From contig NC_042997.1 in NCBI RefSeq assembly GCF_006345805.1, forward strand, positions 179,800,001 through 179,864,000: 64,000 bases of DNA, in the 5' to 3' direction. Below, piece after piece: positions 25,561 through 38,317 of this stretch. This DNA is from Octopus sinensis. Taxonomy: Eukaryota. The notes beneath the pieces were generated by a model. That model was not told where the DNA came from, did no database searches, and worked only from the letters and a program-made list of their open reading frames with translations. Positions within the stretch are counted from its first letter, which is position 1; every line of letters starts with the position of its first letter. The position numbers were made by a program, and so were the translations under genes.

Positions 25561-25695
25561 GACGGGCTTCTTTCAGTTACTATGGCCTGAGGCTATAATA
25601 GAAGACACTTGCCCAAGATGCTATGCAGTGTGACTGAACCCGAAACCATGTGGTTGGTAAGGAAGCTACTTGCCACAAAGCCTATCTTGCGCCTT
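25560..25695 (-). mobile_element. SINE family A head
   Basis: gacgggcttctttcagtt...gaagacacttgcccaag...gaacccgaaaccatgtggttggtaag. Confidence 0.8.
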
Positions 25696-25829
25696 GAAAA
25701 AGGGGTAGACCAATTGCCAGGATTAAAAAAATAATGTTGGTTTAAAATTTAAACTTGTGCAACATTATGGTGAGGAAAAAGTAAAAAAAAAGTACATGAA
25801 TGCAAACTCTGTTGCCTTCTCGATAATAA

Positions 25830-26020
25830 ATGTCAGCACGCCGGGCAAAATGCTTAACGTCATTTCGTCGGTCCATACGTTCTGAGTTCAAATTCCACCG
25901 AGGTCGACTTTGCCTTTCATCCTTTCGGGTTCGATAAAATAAGCACCAGTTGAACACTAGGGGCGATGTAATTGATTTAAACATCTCTTAAAATTGCTTG
26001 CTTTGTACCAAAATTTGAAA
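25830..26020 (+). mobile_element. SINE family C (tail 2)
   Basis: agcacgccgggcaaaatgc...gagttcaaattccaccgaggtcgactttgcctttcatcc...ccaaaatttgaaacc. Confidence 0.85.
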
Positions 26021-26830
26021 CCAATAATTGTTTGTGTACAGGAAATTTAATTTCTATTTATTATTTAGTGAATTGTTATACTTGGGATGAATCCCATGTG
26101 GTGTACTAGTGACGTAATTTTACGACCGACAAGCTCCACTTCAGCGATAAGTCTTGTCCTCTCCGCCTAAAGATCTTGAAAATCTGGGTAAGCTTCGGCA
26201 TTACATTATTTAAGAAGACCTCACTGTATGTAAGACGGGTAGAGTATCATTTAATAAATGTTTTCCTGTTATTTTTAACCGGGTGGACATCTACTTAGAG
26301 GTTCTATTTGTTGCGAGTTCCTATGAGTCTGTAGTGTATATGTGTCATGTATATAAGCATGTATAATTCTAAACACCAACATATCAGCCAAATAAAACAG
26401 TAAAATACTATTACCTTATATTGAAGAAAGATTAAAGATGAAGATAAAACAATCTTGAATCATTTCAACAGCTTGCGAAAATGTCTTTAAATAACCGTCA
26501 GCTATTAAAGATATTTGGCAATGAGTCAGAACCAAGATAAGTAGATCTTTTGATAAACCATTAGAGTTAGATGTCTTGCGAAGATGTACATTGTTACAAT
26601 TTAAGTTGTTTAGTAAGATTTTCTGCTGTGGCTATGTTTTAAATGGTCGAAATAGGCTGAAATGAGGAAACGAGAAAATGTAGTCTGTTATATTTGAATG
26701 AAAAATCAGGAGACAGTAATTATTGAATGATATTGAAAGTTATAAACAGAAATAAGATCAAACATGCAATCACGAAGTGACATGGTACATACGTATATCT
26801 CTGTATGTGCAATTGTATATATATATATAT

Positions 26831-26940
<110 letters not shown>

Positions 26941-26958
26941 CTATATATATGTATATAT

Positions 26959-26990
<32 letters not shown>

Positions 26991-27129
26991 ATATATATAT
27001 AGTATGGAGTTTGGTTAATTTGTGATATAAACGAATAGGCACGCTGGGTAAGAGCTACAGTTGGTCGACCGTTCGGTTTCAAGATCACAGCTAAAGCTAT
27101 TTATATCTATTCAATGTTTATCTCTCACT

Positions 27130-27568
27130 TGGTTCAGTCATTAGACTGCGGTCATGCCAAACATTTTAGTCGGACAAATCGACCCCAGTACTTATCTTTA
27201 AAGCCTGGTGTTTATTTTATGAGTCCCTTTTGTTAAAACCGCTTGGCTACGGGGACGTAAACACAACAGCACCGTTTGTCAAGCGATGATGGAGGACAAA
27301 ACGAAGGCACAAAGACACATTTATACTCACTCACACACATATATACGCACTCACTCACTCTGTCTCTCTGTCTTTCACTCTTTCTCATACTCTCTCTCAC
27401 ACACAGTGACTATGTGCTAAGTGTGGTAAGAACCATATGGTTCCAGGTTCAGTCCGACTGTGTGGCACCTTGGGCAAACGTCATCTACAAAGCCTTGTGA
27501 GTGGATTTTGTAGACGGAAACTGAAAGAAGCCATATATATACATATATATAATATAAATGTGTGTGTA

Positions 27569-27615
<47 letters not shown>

Positions 27616-27770
27616 TGGGTGTCCATTTCTTTGTGCCAAATCCATTCACAAGGCTCTGGTTGCCTGGTGGCTATAGTAGGAAACACCCAATGCGCCACGC
27701 AGTTGGACTGAAACGTGGTTCATGTAGTTGGGAAGCAACTGACCTACGCACTCACTATGCGGGCGCACAC
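27130..27770. mobile_element. Degenerate SINE A/B fragments in mixed orientation
   Basis: B on minus at about 27130-27300, A on plus at about 27400-27535, A on minus at about 27620-27770. Confidence 0.65.
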
Positions 27771-27924
27771 ATTTTGTATGAATATAAGCACCTTCGACAA
27801 AACTATCTTTAGATTGGCTGCTTTGCCGTCAACGCTAGCATGCTAAAGGTTGTACTCTTGTGGTAATGTATCCGAGGTTTGGCATCGATCTCTCCTGTTT
27901 TCTTTCTTGTGTTACACAGTAAGC

Positions 27925-28560
27925 ATGGCCGCACCACTGATAGCGCGCATTAAAGAAGTCCAGAGATTAGTGACCCGATTTTTCTCTTCTGAAGTTGTGT
28001 CAGGAGTTGAAATTCATTGCAGGAATTCAGTTGATGGAGCACGAAGGAAGAGCAGGACGCCCATCAATCTTCACCACTCATGTGAAGATTCAACAAGCTT
28101 GAGAGATGATTCTGGTGAAATGACGAGTGACCATTGATGAGGTGACATGTCTTCCGCAAGTTAGTCGTGGTTCTGCATACGGAATTAGCTTCAGTTCCGC
28201 AAAGTCTGTGAGATGGGTGTGAAAAGAACTAAGCGAACCCCTTAGCGCAATCATCTGCAGATCTCTCAATGGTCGCTCGACAGCTACGACTAGGAAGGCG
28301 ATGCATTTTTGGAGAGAATAGTCAGCAGATGNNNNNNNNNNNNNNNNNNNNNNNNNNNNNNNNNNNNNNNNNNNNNNNNNNNNNNNNNNNNNNNNNNNNN
28401 NNNNNNNNNNNNNNNNNNNNNNNNNNNNNNNAGGAACATAAACCCTTTTGTGAAAGTTGTAGCGTGGAATCTGAGAGAAATTTGACTCATTATTACAGGC
28501 CGAGCCAGCCTGTGGAAAGCAGAATTCAGACGGCATTTACTGCCACCAAGGAAAAAAAAT
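27925..28560 (+). pseudogene. Degenerate mariner transposase interrupted by an assembly gap
   Basis: MAAPLIARIKEVQRLVTRFFSSEVVSGVEIH...EGRAGRPS...RVTIDEV...EGDAFLERIVS, then the gap, then THYYRP; stops and frameshifts. Confidence 0.85.
28332..28431. other. Assembly gap (100 N)
   Basis: Run of 100 n. Confidence 1.
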
Positions 28561-30126
28561 GATAGCACAGCTGCTAATATTAACTGTGTTCTTAGTTTTC
28601 TTTATGAACGTCCTGAATTTCTCTTAAGTCGAATTTAATATTTATGTTCCTGGTGCCAATATAAATGCTGTTATAAATATATAAGATCGATTAAATATGA
28701 AAATGCTCTAACATTCTCAATATTCAGGGCTTCGTCTCATAAAATGGAAATTAAAAACTAAAAAGGAAACTGGCATCATATTTGAATTAATGTATTTAAA
28801 ATATAAATTTGCATTGAACTAGATGAAGGAGATAATGAATGCTTTGAGATATCTAAGGAGATTCTCTGATGATTTTTATATCCTAAGGGAAACTAACATG
28901 TTTTGGCTCAAAGCCCCAATGTGAAATTACTTCCGAACAGTAGACAAAGCGCCGCGTGGCCTTTGTTTTTTCTTGTTTCATTTGTTATTGTTGGCACTGA
29001 TTTTCTGCGAAAGGTGAATTTAGCTTAATCGAACAGAAGACAACAGGGTATTAGATTAGCAGAGGGCTGATTTGAGATTTCTGTTATTCGATACAAATGA
29101 ATTAAGGAAACTCTCATAACATGTTGTTTTCCCATTAAAGTTATAAATGGCACCTAAGTGCTATGTTGTCAAGTAAACAAACTTTGCTACATGATGCAAA
29201 CACAATCAGAAGAAGAGTGGGGTTTTCATGTTTATAGCATTGTATCTCAGGGGTTAGGACCTTTATAATGCTGATCGTATGTAATTACAGTTCTACTTAT
29301 TACGATGCTAAATTTTCTTTAGTGATTATTACTATATATTGTGCGCATGGGAAGAGACCGTTATGGAAATATTTACACACATTCAACTTTGCACATTTCT
29401 GATAATGGGAATCACACCGATTCCACCGAGTATAGCCTGTGTTCTGGTTGCAGCATGATAATAAAAATGGCTTGTTTTCAAAGTAGAATTGTACCCTTAG
29501 CCTAATTTTCAGTCAGAGTAAGCGTGACACTGTGATAATACTGGCACTTTGATTATAGATATAATCCGTTTAAAAGGATTTCCATATGTGTTTTGTCTCT
29601 TCCATTCTGAAGGTTCGAACCCAGTTATGTGCAATTGCAAGACAAACATTTTCATTATTTGCCTATGCCTGAACACTTTCGCACATAGGTAACGCACTTA
29701 CCGAAAAAAAAAAGCAAATGAAAAAAAAAATTAAAGCTTGTATACAGGATTACAAAAGAGAATGTAGTTATTGAAAGTCACACGCGAGAATATATGTGTA
29801 TATGTAGGAATATACACATGCATGCATGTATACCTGTGTGTATATATGTACTCATATACACAGTCATACACACACACAAATATATATATATATATGTACA
29901 TAAATGTAAGTGTGTGTGTATGTGTGTGTGTCAGTGTGCGTGAGTGCGCACGTGCGCGCGCGCGTGTGTATGTGCTTGTACGTATGTATGTGTGTGTGCT
30001 TGTATGTATGTATGTGTGTGTGTGTGTGTGTGTATGTGTGTATGTCTATTGACTGACCGAGGATTGTGAAAATATTGGGCAATTTCTACCAAATGGTTGA
30101 TTAAAGAAAAATTGTTTTCGAAAAAA

Positions 30127-30171
<45 letters not shown>

Positions 30172-30186
30172 GTGTGTGTTGTGTGG

Positions 30187-30217
<31 letters not shown>

Positions 30218-30408
30218 TGTGTTTGTATATATGTCTTCAATCCGTGGTCAACCATAGACTGTTTGAAAGATAATTTTGCCCACAAAATTATATCAGATTC
30301 CGTATACTTCTAATGCAAGGTATGTATTGGGCAATGTATATGTTCTTAAACCACAATGCACATATATATAACCATAATATATATATATATATATATATTA
30401 TATATTAT

Positions 30409-30457
<49 letters not shown>

Positions 30458-31272
30458 CCTACTATACTTATGTGTGTATGCATTTATATAGCTATGTGTG
30501 TATGCACATATTTGTGTATATCTATATATAAATGCGTGTGTGTACGTGTGTGTTTGCCTATTTTTATTGCTTCCTCAATATACAAATAGCCGACTGACAT
30601 GGGAATTATAAATAAAATGAAAAAATACTAAAGTAAAACTATCACCACTACCATATGTTACACTTACAAAAAACCGAAAATAAAGAAAAGAAAATGACGA
30701 CTACAGGAACGTAAAAATAAAGGAAATGCTAAAACAAGTACGTTGCAACACCACATCTATGTAGATTAAACGAATAACAATATTACATTTTTCCTAATAA
30801 ATATACATAAAATGTTTAACTTCTGTTTTTTTTAGTCTACACACCGTCTTTTCCTTCTTATTTTTAAGATACACAAGCAAATATATAAGGAAACAAACCG
30901 AAGATAAAACATTGATATTACAAAAAGAGGTTCTATATACATCATACGTGTGTGTATGTGTGTGTGTTTGTGTGTTTGTGTGTGTGTACACAATCATAAA
31001 TTTATTATGAAAATGTTTGTAACGGTTGTGTTTTTAATAAGCGTGAGGTTGATAAATATTTGCATATTGACACTAGGTATTATAAACTATAGAACAAGGA
31101 AATTAACAAAGTAAATGATTCTTAGCCAAACAATAAACATACGCATCTAGGAACATAGTCATGTATGTATGCATGTATGTATATATGTATGTATGCATGT
31201 ATATATGTAAGTATATATTTGTAATATTTATATGTATATACATGTATATATACATATATATGCGCAAATATA

Positions 31273-31343
<71 letters not shown>

Positions 31344-32379
31344 GTATGTATCTATGTATCTATGTATTAAGTTTTATATATCATATATATGCATGCAAAT
31401 ACAAAGACGCACAGATAATTGCATATATAAATATTTTATGCATACTATATATAAAATATTTACACTTATACTTAGTTAAATACAGACGCCCATACAGCTG
31501 TACGTATGCTTATACAGAAGTCCATCATAAGTATATATGCATAATTTACATGCATACACACATACACACATACACACACGCACACACATATATACATATA
31601 TGCATGCATGCATCCATCCATCCATTCATCTATCCATCTACCCATAAACCCATCCATCTATTTATACATACATGCATAAATACATACATATATATATAAA
31701 TTTGTGATGCGTTAGTGAATGCGTATATTTGCTTGTGTTTCTAAACGCAGGTATATTGCCTGTATATTGATCTACAAGTCAAGTAGAGAGTAAATTTTTG
31801 AGCCATGGTTTCATTCCTATAGGTATGATGCATTTTCTCAGCGATACACATTAATGGATTTGAACTTATCACTGACAACATTGAATTCAACTAACAATTA
31901 TTCCTCAGGGACTAATGAACCTTCAGAGTACAAATTTCGACATGCACTAGCTGACTGAGATTAGTCTACTTCCATTCATTTCGATTTAGCTTGGTAGCCA
32001 ATAATACGAAATTTCTCTGAAGGACGGATATTCGAGAAATTTGATTCATTCTGAAAAGGCTGCTGTCTTAAGTAATATTTATCATTACAATGCACCTGGA
32101 AGGTATTTGTTTAATTCAAATGATGAAACCCCAAGTTAAAGATTTTACTCACGTTTGAAGCAATCTTAAACCGAAGAAAATGCTCCTACATAAGACTTTT
32201 ATTCACGTTTATTAGTTAAATAGTACAATCACGTGAACAACGGGTTGATTCACATAGCAAAGAAAACATGGAATTTTCTATTGTTTTTTAATCCAAATGA
32301 GAAACAGACACCCGTTTGTCGTTTCTGGACCATGTTAAATAGTAACTATGCAAAACATAAAGCAATAATAATATTATAC

Positions 32380-32572
32380 ATAATGCCGCGGTCTGGTGGA
32401 ATCGCCAACATTTCTTCCATCTTTACGTTCTGAGTTGAAATACCGCCGAAGTCAACTTTCCCTTTCATTCTTTCGAGGTCTGTAGAATAAGTACCAGTCG
32501 AGCAATGGGGTTGATGTAATTGACTTACCCTCTCCCCTAAACTTGCAGGCCTTGTGCCAAAATTTGAAATCA
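32380..32572 (+). mobile_element. SINE family C (tail 2), diverged
   Basis: gagttgaaataccgccgaagtcaactttccctttcattc...gcaggccttgtgccaaaatttgaaatc. Confidence 0.8.
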
Positions 32573-32730
32573 ATATAAATATTATACCTATGTGACGCTG
32601 GCGATCTACCCTGTATCTACTGATTTTGAACTTGAAGTTACGTTGTGTTCTCTGTATTTCGATGACGGAAGTTTGGGGTCGGTGCTGGTACAGGCAATAT
32701 TTGTAAGAGGGAGCAGCGATTCACACAGTC

Positions 32731-32778
<48 letters not shown>

Positions 32779-33614
32779 CACACAAAACACACGCACGTAC
32801 GCACAGAGAAAAATACACAAAAAGCTTACTGAGCTATTGCTCCAGTTTCTGAATAGCCATTGCTTTTTCATAACAAATCTCCGGAGAAATACTTCATGAA
32901 CTGTCATCTTCGGAAGAAATACATAACAGTTCATAATATATTTCTCTAGAGATTTTCTATCCAGAAAGACCCTTGATAGTGCATGATGATGCATCAATGA
33001 ACACGTGATTACTTGAAATCAAATCGATCGAAAATTACTAAGTCATTTTTGTAAAATGCTTTTGGATAATTTTAAAAGGAAGACACTCTTCTAATAAGCA
33101 TGCAAATTCACCCTAAGTGTGAAAAGTGAGTGAATTGTTGCATGACACGTTTAGTATAACGTTTTTTTATAAAATGTATTCTTTATATTTCTAATTATCC
33201 ATAAACAATGTCTAGTGCAACAAGAACGGATTAATAATTTATCTATGCTGTCAGGGCATGTACATTTATGTAACCAAGACTGAGTTTAGCTCCGTCCATG
33301 AGTACAAAACATTTTTTTTTATGACGAGTTTCAACAAAGACAGACAGTGAGAGCGGTTCAACGTTTTCTACGACAGACTGATAGAATATGTGTTGTAACC
33401 ACTGAATTTAATTTACACTACGAGTTTTAAACTGTTATGCTTACTGAAAAAATATATCTAACAATTGAAAAAAGAAAGTATGTTTTACGTGAGCTTTCGC
33501 ATGGGCTCATGCGTGCTTGTGTGAGTGAGTGTGGAAATATGTCTGTCTCATGTGTGGAGGTATTAGCTACGATTACACATATATACTTACATGCACACAC
33601 ACATACTTACACAC

Positions 33615-33658
<44 letters not shown>

Positions 33659-33959
33659 TACATGTATGTATATATATATGTATATATATATAATTACATA
33701 CGTACACACATACACACACAAACATATAAATACAAACATACACACACACACACACACACACACACCACACACACACACACACACAGAATTAATATGAACA
33801 GCAGTGTGCAATGTTTCACCAAAAAGGAGAATTACAAATGTTACTAAATGCGACAATGATGTTAAAAAAAAAAACTACATTGCTTGAAATAAGAGCTAAA
33901 ACGCTCTAATGCTGTAGTTAAGGCACATCAATAAAAACATAAAACATATACACTAAGAA

Positions 33960-34068
33960 GGACCATAATCGTCCGAGCTGGCTAAATTGATGAGGCGATA
34001 GAAATTGCTGAAACCGACGCGTCAGGTTTAAACATTCTCGATCAGAACTTTTCGGACGATTATGGTCC
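33960..34068 (+). ncRNA. Hammerhead-like core enclosed by a perfect 17-bp inverted repeat
   Basis: IR ggaccataatcgtccga (33960-33976) / tcggacgattatggtcc (34052-34068); inside, TTGATGA ggcgat-agaa-attgct GAAAC cgacgc GTC. Confidence 0.5.
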
Positions 34069-34182
34069 CTATGGGGATACATTTACGTGTGTTTATATGC
34101 ATATATGTGCGCGCGTGTACACACACACCACATATATATAACTTTCTCACCTATATATATATATATATAGATATATATATAT

Positions 34183-34282
<100 letters not shown>

Positions 34283-34304
34283 TATATAAATATATATAAT
34301 ATAT

Positions 34305-34515
34305 ATATGAAGCTGGTAGAAGCGTAGGCACGCTGGGCGAAATGCGTAGCCTATTTCGTCTGCCGTTACGGTAGAGTTCAAATTCCGCCGAGGTCGACTT
34401 TGCCTTTCATCCTTTCGGGGTCGATAAATTAAGTACCAGTTACGCACTGGGGTCGATGTAATCGACTTAATTCCTTTGTTTGTCTCCTCTATGTTTAGTC
34501 ACCTGTGGACAATAA
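34305..34515 (+). mobile_element. SINE family C (tail 1)
   Basis: gaagctggtagaagcgtaggcacgctgggcgaaatgc...gagttcaaattccgccgaggtcgac...tttgtctcctctatgtttag. Confidence 0.88.
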
Positions 34516-34869
34516 AGATATATATATATATATATTCTTATATGTATTCTTATATGTATATGTATGTATACCAACGTATTATGGAATTCACGTGCGTATT
34601 TTGTCTGTGATGCTGATTTTACACGTTCCTATAAACTTGGAGCATGAAACGAACGACGCTAACCCATCAATGCAATATGTTGTTCTCTGAAAATATTACA
34701 GACTGTCTATTTAGGTTAGCAGGACTATTTATGACTTGATCAATATTCTCAAGTACCTAGTTTATTCACAGTTGCTTTTGTTCCTTATTGTAGTGATAGA
34801 TATATTACACTGTGAAAGAAGAAATAATAAAACCGATTCATAAAGGAGGGAATTAGATCACAGAGAAGC

Positions 34870-35170
34870 TGCTATAAAGCTGTACTGCTTACAACGCATC
34901 TTTCAAAAGTTCTAAAGCGAATTTATATCTAGAAGGATAGTAAGTTACTTAGAAAAACCGAACTATTTCAACAAAATCCTGAATGGTTTCCGCCTCGGAA
35001 GAGAGTGTCAGACACAACTTTTCCAATAATAGTACCGATTTCTGGAAATAGTATTATCTGGTCCAATTTGTGAAAGCTTATACCTTGATATTGCAGAAGC
35101 ATTTGAAAATATCGGTCACATCGTTTTATGATGCAAACTCAGTCAATGGCTTGGTTACTTGCTTATGTTT
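34870..35170 (+). pseudogene. CR1/L2-like reverse transcriptase fragment
   Basis: NGFRLGRECQTQL (cf. HGFRPGRSCQTQL) and YLDIAEAFENIGHIVL*CKL (cf. YLDFAKAFDKVDH..L..KL). Confidence 0.65.
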
Positions 35171-35409
35171 AGGAAATATATAATCGTAAATTTTGTTCCT
35201 AAAAGAACCTTCTCATTCACAAATGTTAGCACAGTCGTGATATTAATTGATTGGATGCTTCGATCTCTTACTTCCCTTCACTCGATCACTTGTTTTTAAC
35301 TGACTGTGATTTATCTGCAAACTAACTCTGCATAAAAATTCAACGTCATAAACGTTCGGAGTTGTGATGGGATACTAGTTTCTGAATGCGTGTCGCAAAA
35401 ACTTGTACC

Positions 35410-35641
35410 TATTTCTTTATTACCCACAAGGGGCTAAACATAGAGGGGACAAACAAGGATAGACATAGGTATTAAGTCGATTACATCGACCTCAGTGCGT
35501 AACTGGTACGTAATTTATCGACCCAGAAACGATGAAAGGCAAAGTCGACCTCGGCGGAATTTGAACTCAGAACGTAACGGCAGACGAAATACCGCGAAGC
35601 ATTTCGCCCGGTGTGCTAACGTCTCTGCTAACTCGCCGCCT
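35410..35641 (-). mobile_element. SINE family C, full length (tail 1)
   Basis: TSD tcgcaaaaacttgtacc (35393-35409) / tcgcaaaatcttgtacc (35646-35662), 16 of 17 identical. Confidence 0.93.
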
Positions 35642-36185
35642 TTTATCGCAAAATCTTGTACCGTTAATGGGGGACTAGCATGAAAATATGAATGAGATAG
35701 AAAATATGCGTGCGTGCGCGTGTGAGTATGCCTGTGTGTGTGTAACTGGATTTTTCTCGGTTTTAAGGATGGAGATTCACTTCTTCCATAAAATAGACGA
35801 CATAATCGTTGAATTAACGTGCAGGAGGCAAAAAATTCTGCTGACACAAATCCATTTAACGTAGTTATCTGGGAAAATCAGTAGGACATATTACTTATCT
35901 TTAAATTACCAAATTTTCGTCTACCGAATATATCAACCCACACATTCATTCGAGCGTAGATCAAGAAAATAAGCTGTGGTATCGGACCCAAAACCTAGTG
36001 GTTTGTATGTATGTAACTCTGTCAGTCAGCAGCTGGACTTGAAACTCATGTGAGTGCTCATCAACGGTGGGATTGTGTTTTGTGATGGAGTGTGGTGTGT
36101 GTGTGTTGATGAGAAGGCTATCATCTGTCAAGATAAAGCAATCATCATATATGTTTGTATGTATGTATGTATGTATGTATGTATG

Positions 36186-36216
<31 letters not shown>

Positions 36217-36509
36217 TCACGTGACCGACCAGACCATCAGATGTTTTACACATCGCTGGTCACCATGCGTTCGCATTGTTTTAGCCTTCGAATGACGCCA
36301 CCCCGCTGGCTAAGCGAGCAGGCCAACAGAAGAGTGAGAGAAAGAGTGGTGAAAGAGTACAGCAGGGATCACCACCTCCTGTCGGAGCATCGTGGAGCTT
36401 TTAGGTGTTTTCGCTCAATAAACACTCACAACGCCCGGTCTGGTAATCGAAACCGCGATCCTACGACCGCGAGTCCGCTGCCCTAACCACTAGACCATTG
36501 CGCCTCCAC
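36217..36509 (-). mobile_element. tRNA(Arg)-like-headed SINE, tail type X
   Basis: Minus: gtggaggcgcaatggtctagtggttagggcagcggactcgcggtc...ggtttcgattacc (A and B boxes), cacctaaaagctccacg core, tail ending ggtcggtcacgtga; partial copy at 37170-37288 and a remnant near 22570-22640. Confidence 0.88.
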
Positions 36510-37074
36510 TGTATGTATGTATGTATGTATCAATATGTGTGCATGTGTGTATGTATGTATATATTCACCTCAACTGGCCCTGATCTCTTTAACTTCATAT
36601 CAAGACACATAGGAGAAGTAAAATATTCCCTAATATTTAAACGTTTCCTGGACGATTATCTCTAACGAATTCCAGATAGAACACCTATCATCCGGGTATA
36701 TCTCTGCAAACAATAACTCTCTACTCGAACGGGCTATAGAGCCCAAAGAATGACTAATATGAAACATCATTAAATGTCTTATCCAGGTGATGTATATATA
36801 CATGCATAAATACATACATACATACATATTCACACACACACACACATGTATATATGTATGTATATATATATATAGTTGAAGTATATTGCATTAAGAACTT
36901 ATTAAAGTACAAAACAGAGCTCGTTCACCCTTAGTAGTTGCCGACAGTATTATGGTAGTGGTCATTAAACAGCTGTCGAATCGTACTCGCTCTTCTTTTT
37001 ATTCTTTCCTTTATGTATATATATATATATATACAGACACACACACACACACATATACATATACATATACATAT

Positions 37075-37113
<39 letters not shown>

Positions 37114-37131
37114 TATATATATTATATATTA

Positions 37132-37170
<39 letters not shown>

Positions 37171-37285
37171 CACGTGATCACGTGGACCGAACAGACCATC
37201 AGATGTTGTTACACATAGCTGGTCACAATGCGTTCGCATTGTTTTAGCCTTCGAATGACGCCATCCCGCTGGCTAAGCGAGCAGG

Positions 37286-37325
<40 letters not shown>

Positions 37326-37503
37326 TTAGGGAATAAATCCAAATTCACAGGGAAAAATCAAATTTAGGATTGAATCCAATTTTATAGTAAAATATTATAT
37401 TATATTACATTAGAGACAAAACCACTATTATGCAAATCAAGCAAAGAAAGACTTAAGCCAATACATAAAAAATTTATATAATTAAAATTTAACTATTATA
37501 AGT

Positions 37504-37558
37504 AACCACTACGATCGTTTCGTGTCAGCACATCTTTGAACACATTCTTCAGGTGGTT
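37504..37558 (-). ncRNA. Type I minimal hammerhead ribozyme (PLE type), predicted cleavage after GUA
   Basis: aaccac CTGAAGA at gtgttca-aagatgtgc-tgacac GAAAC gatc GTA gtggtt: perfect 6-bp stem I, intact core, palindromic ACGATCGT stem III; 2 extra nt before stem II. Confidence 0.7.
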
Positions 37559-37954
37559 TCAAGATCTTCTTGGCGAGTTTTAAACTGAAGAATATCTCAA
37601 AGATGTGCTGACACGAAACGATCGTAGTGGTTACTTATAATTGTTAAATTTTAATTTATATAAATTACTTTATGTATTGGCTTAAGTCTTTCTTTGCTTG
37701 ATTTGCATAATAGTGGTTTTGTCTCTAATATAATATAATATATATTATATATGAATATATATATATATATATAAATATTAGGGAATAAATCCAAATTCAC
37801 AGGGAAAATCAATTTAGGATTGAATCCAATTTTATAGTAAAATATATATTATATTACATTAGAGACACAACCACTATATAGCAAATCAAGCAAAGAAAGA
37901 CTTAAGCCAATACATAAAATAATTTATATAAATTAAAATTTAACTATTATAAGT

Positions 37955-38008
37955 AACCACTACGATCGTTTCGTGTCAGCACATCTTTGAAACATTCTTC
38001 AGGTGGTT
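37955..38008 (-). ncRNA. Second copy of the type I hammerhead
   Basis: Same as 37504-37558 with a 1-nt deletion in the 5' strand of stem II. Confidence 0.6.
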
Positions 38009-38192
38009 TCAAGATCTTCTTGGCGAGTTTTAAACTGAAGAATATCTCAAAGATGTGCTGACACGAAACGATCGTAGTGGTTACTTATAATTGTTAAATT
38101 TTAATTTATATAAATTACTTTTGTATTGGCTTAAGTCTTTCTTTGCTTGATTTGCATAATAGTGGTTGTGTCTCTATATAATATAATATAAT

Positions 38193-38232
<40 letters not shown>

Positions 38233-38247
38233 ATATAATATGTGCTG

Positions 38248-38278
<31 letters not shown>

Positions 38279-38317
38279 TGTGTGTTGTGTGTGTGTGTGT
38301 GTATGTGTGTGTGTATC

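Larger units (their letters stand above)
37321..38190. mobile_element. Tandem pair of ~450-bp fold-back units (inverted PLE-like terminal repeats) in (TA)n
   Basis: Unit 1 about 37321-37745, unit 2 about 37774-38190; in unit 1, arms 37409-37552 and 37585-37729 are near-perfect reverse complements. Confidence 0.85.

Noticed and set aside
27060-27105. Minus-strand GAAACCGAACGGTC hammerhead-like half
   Set aside because: No intact core or stem I.
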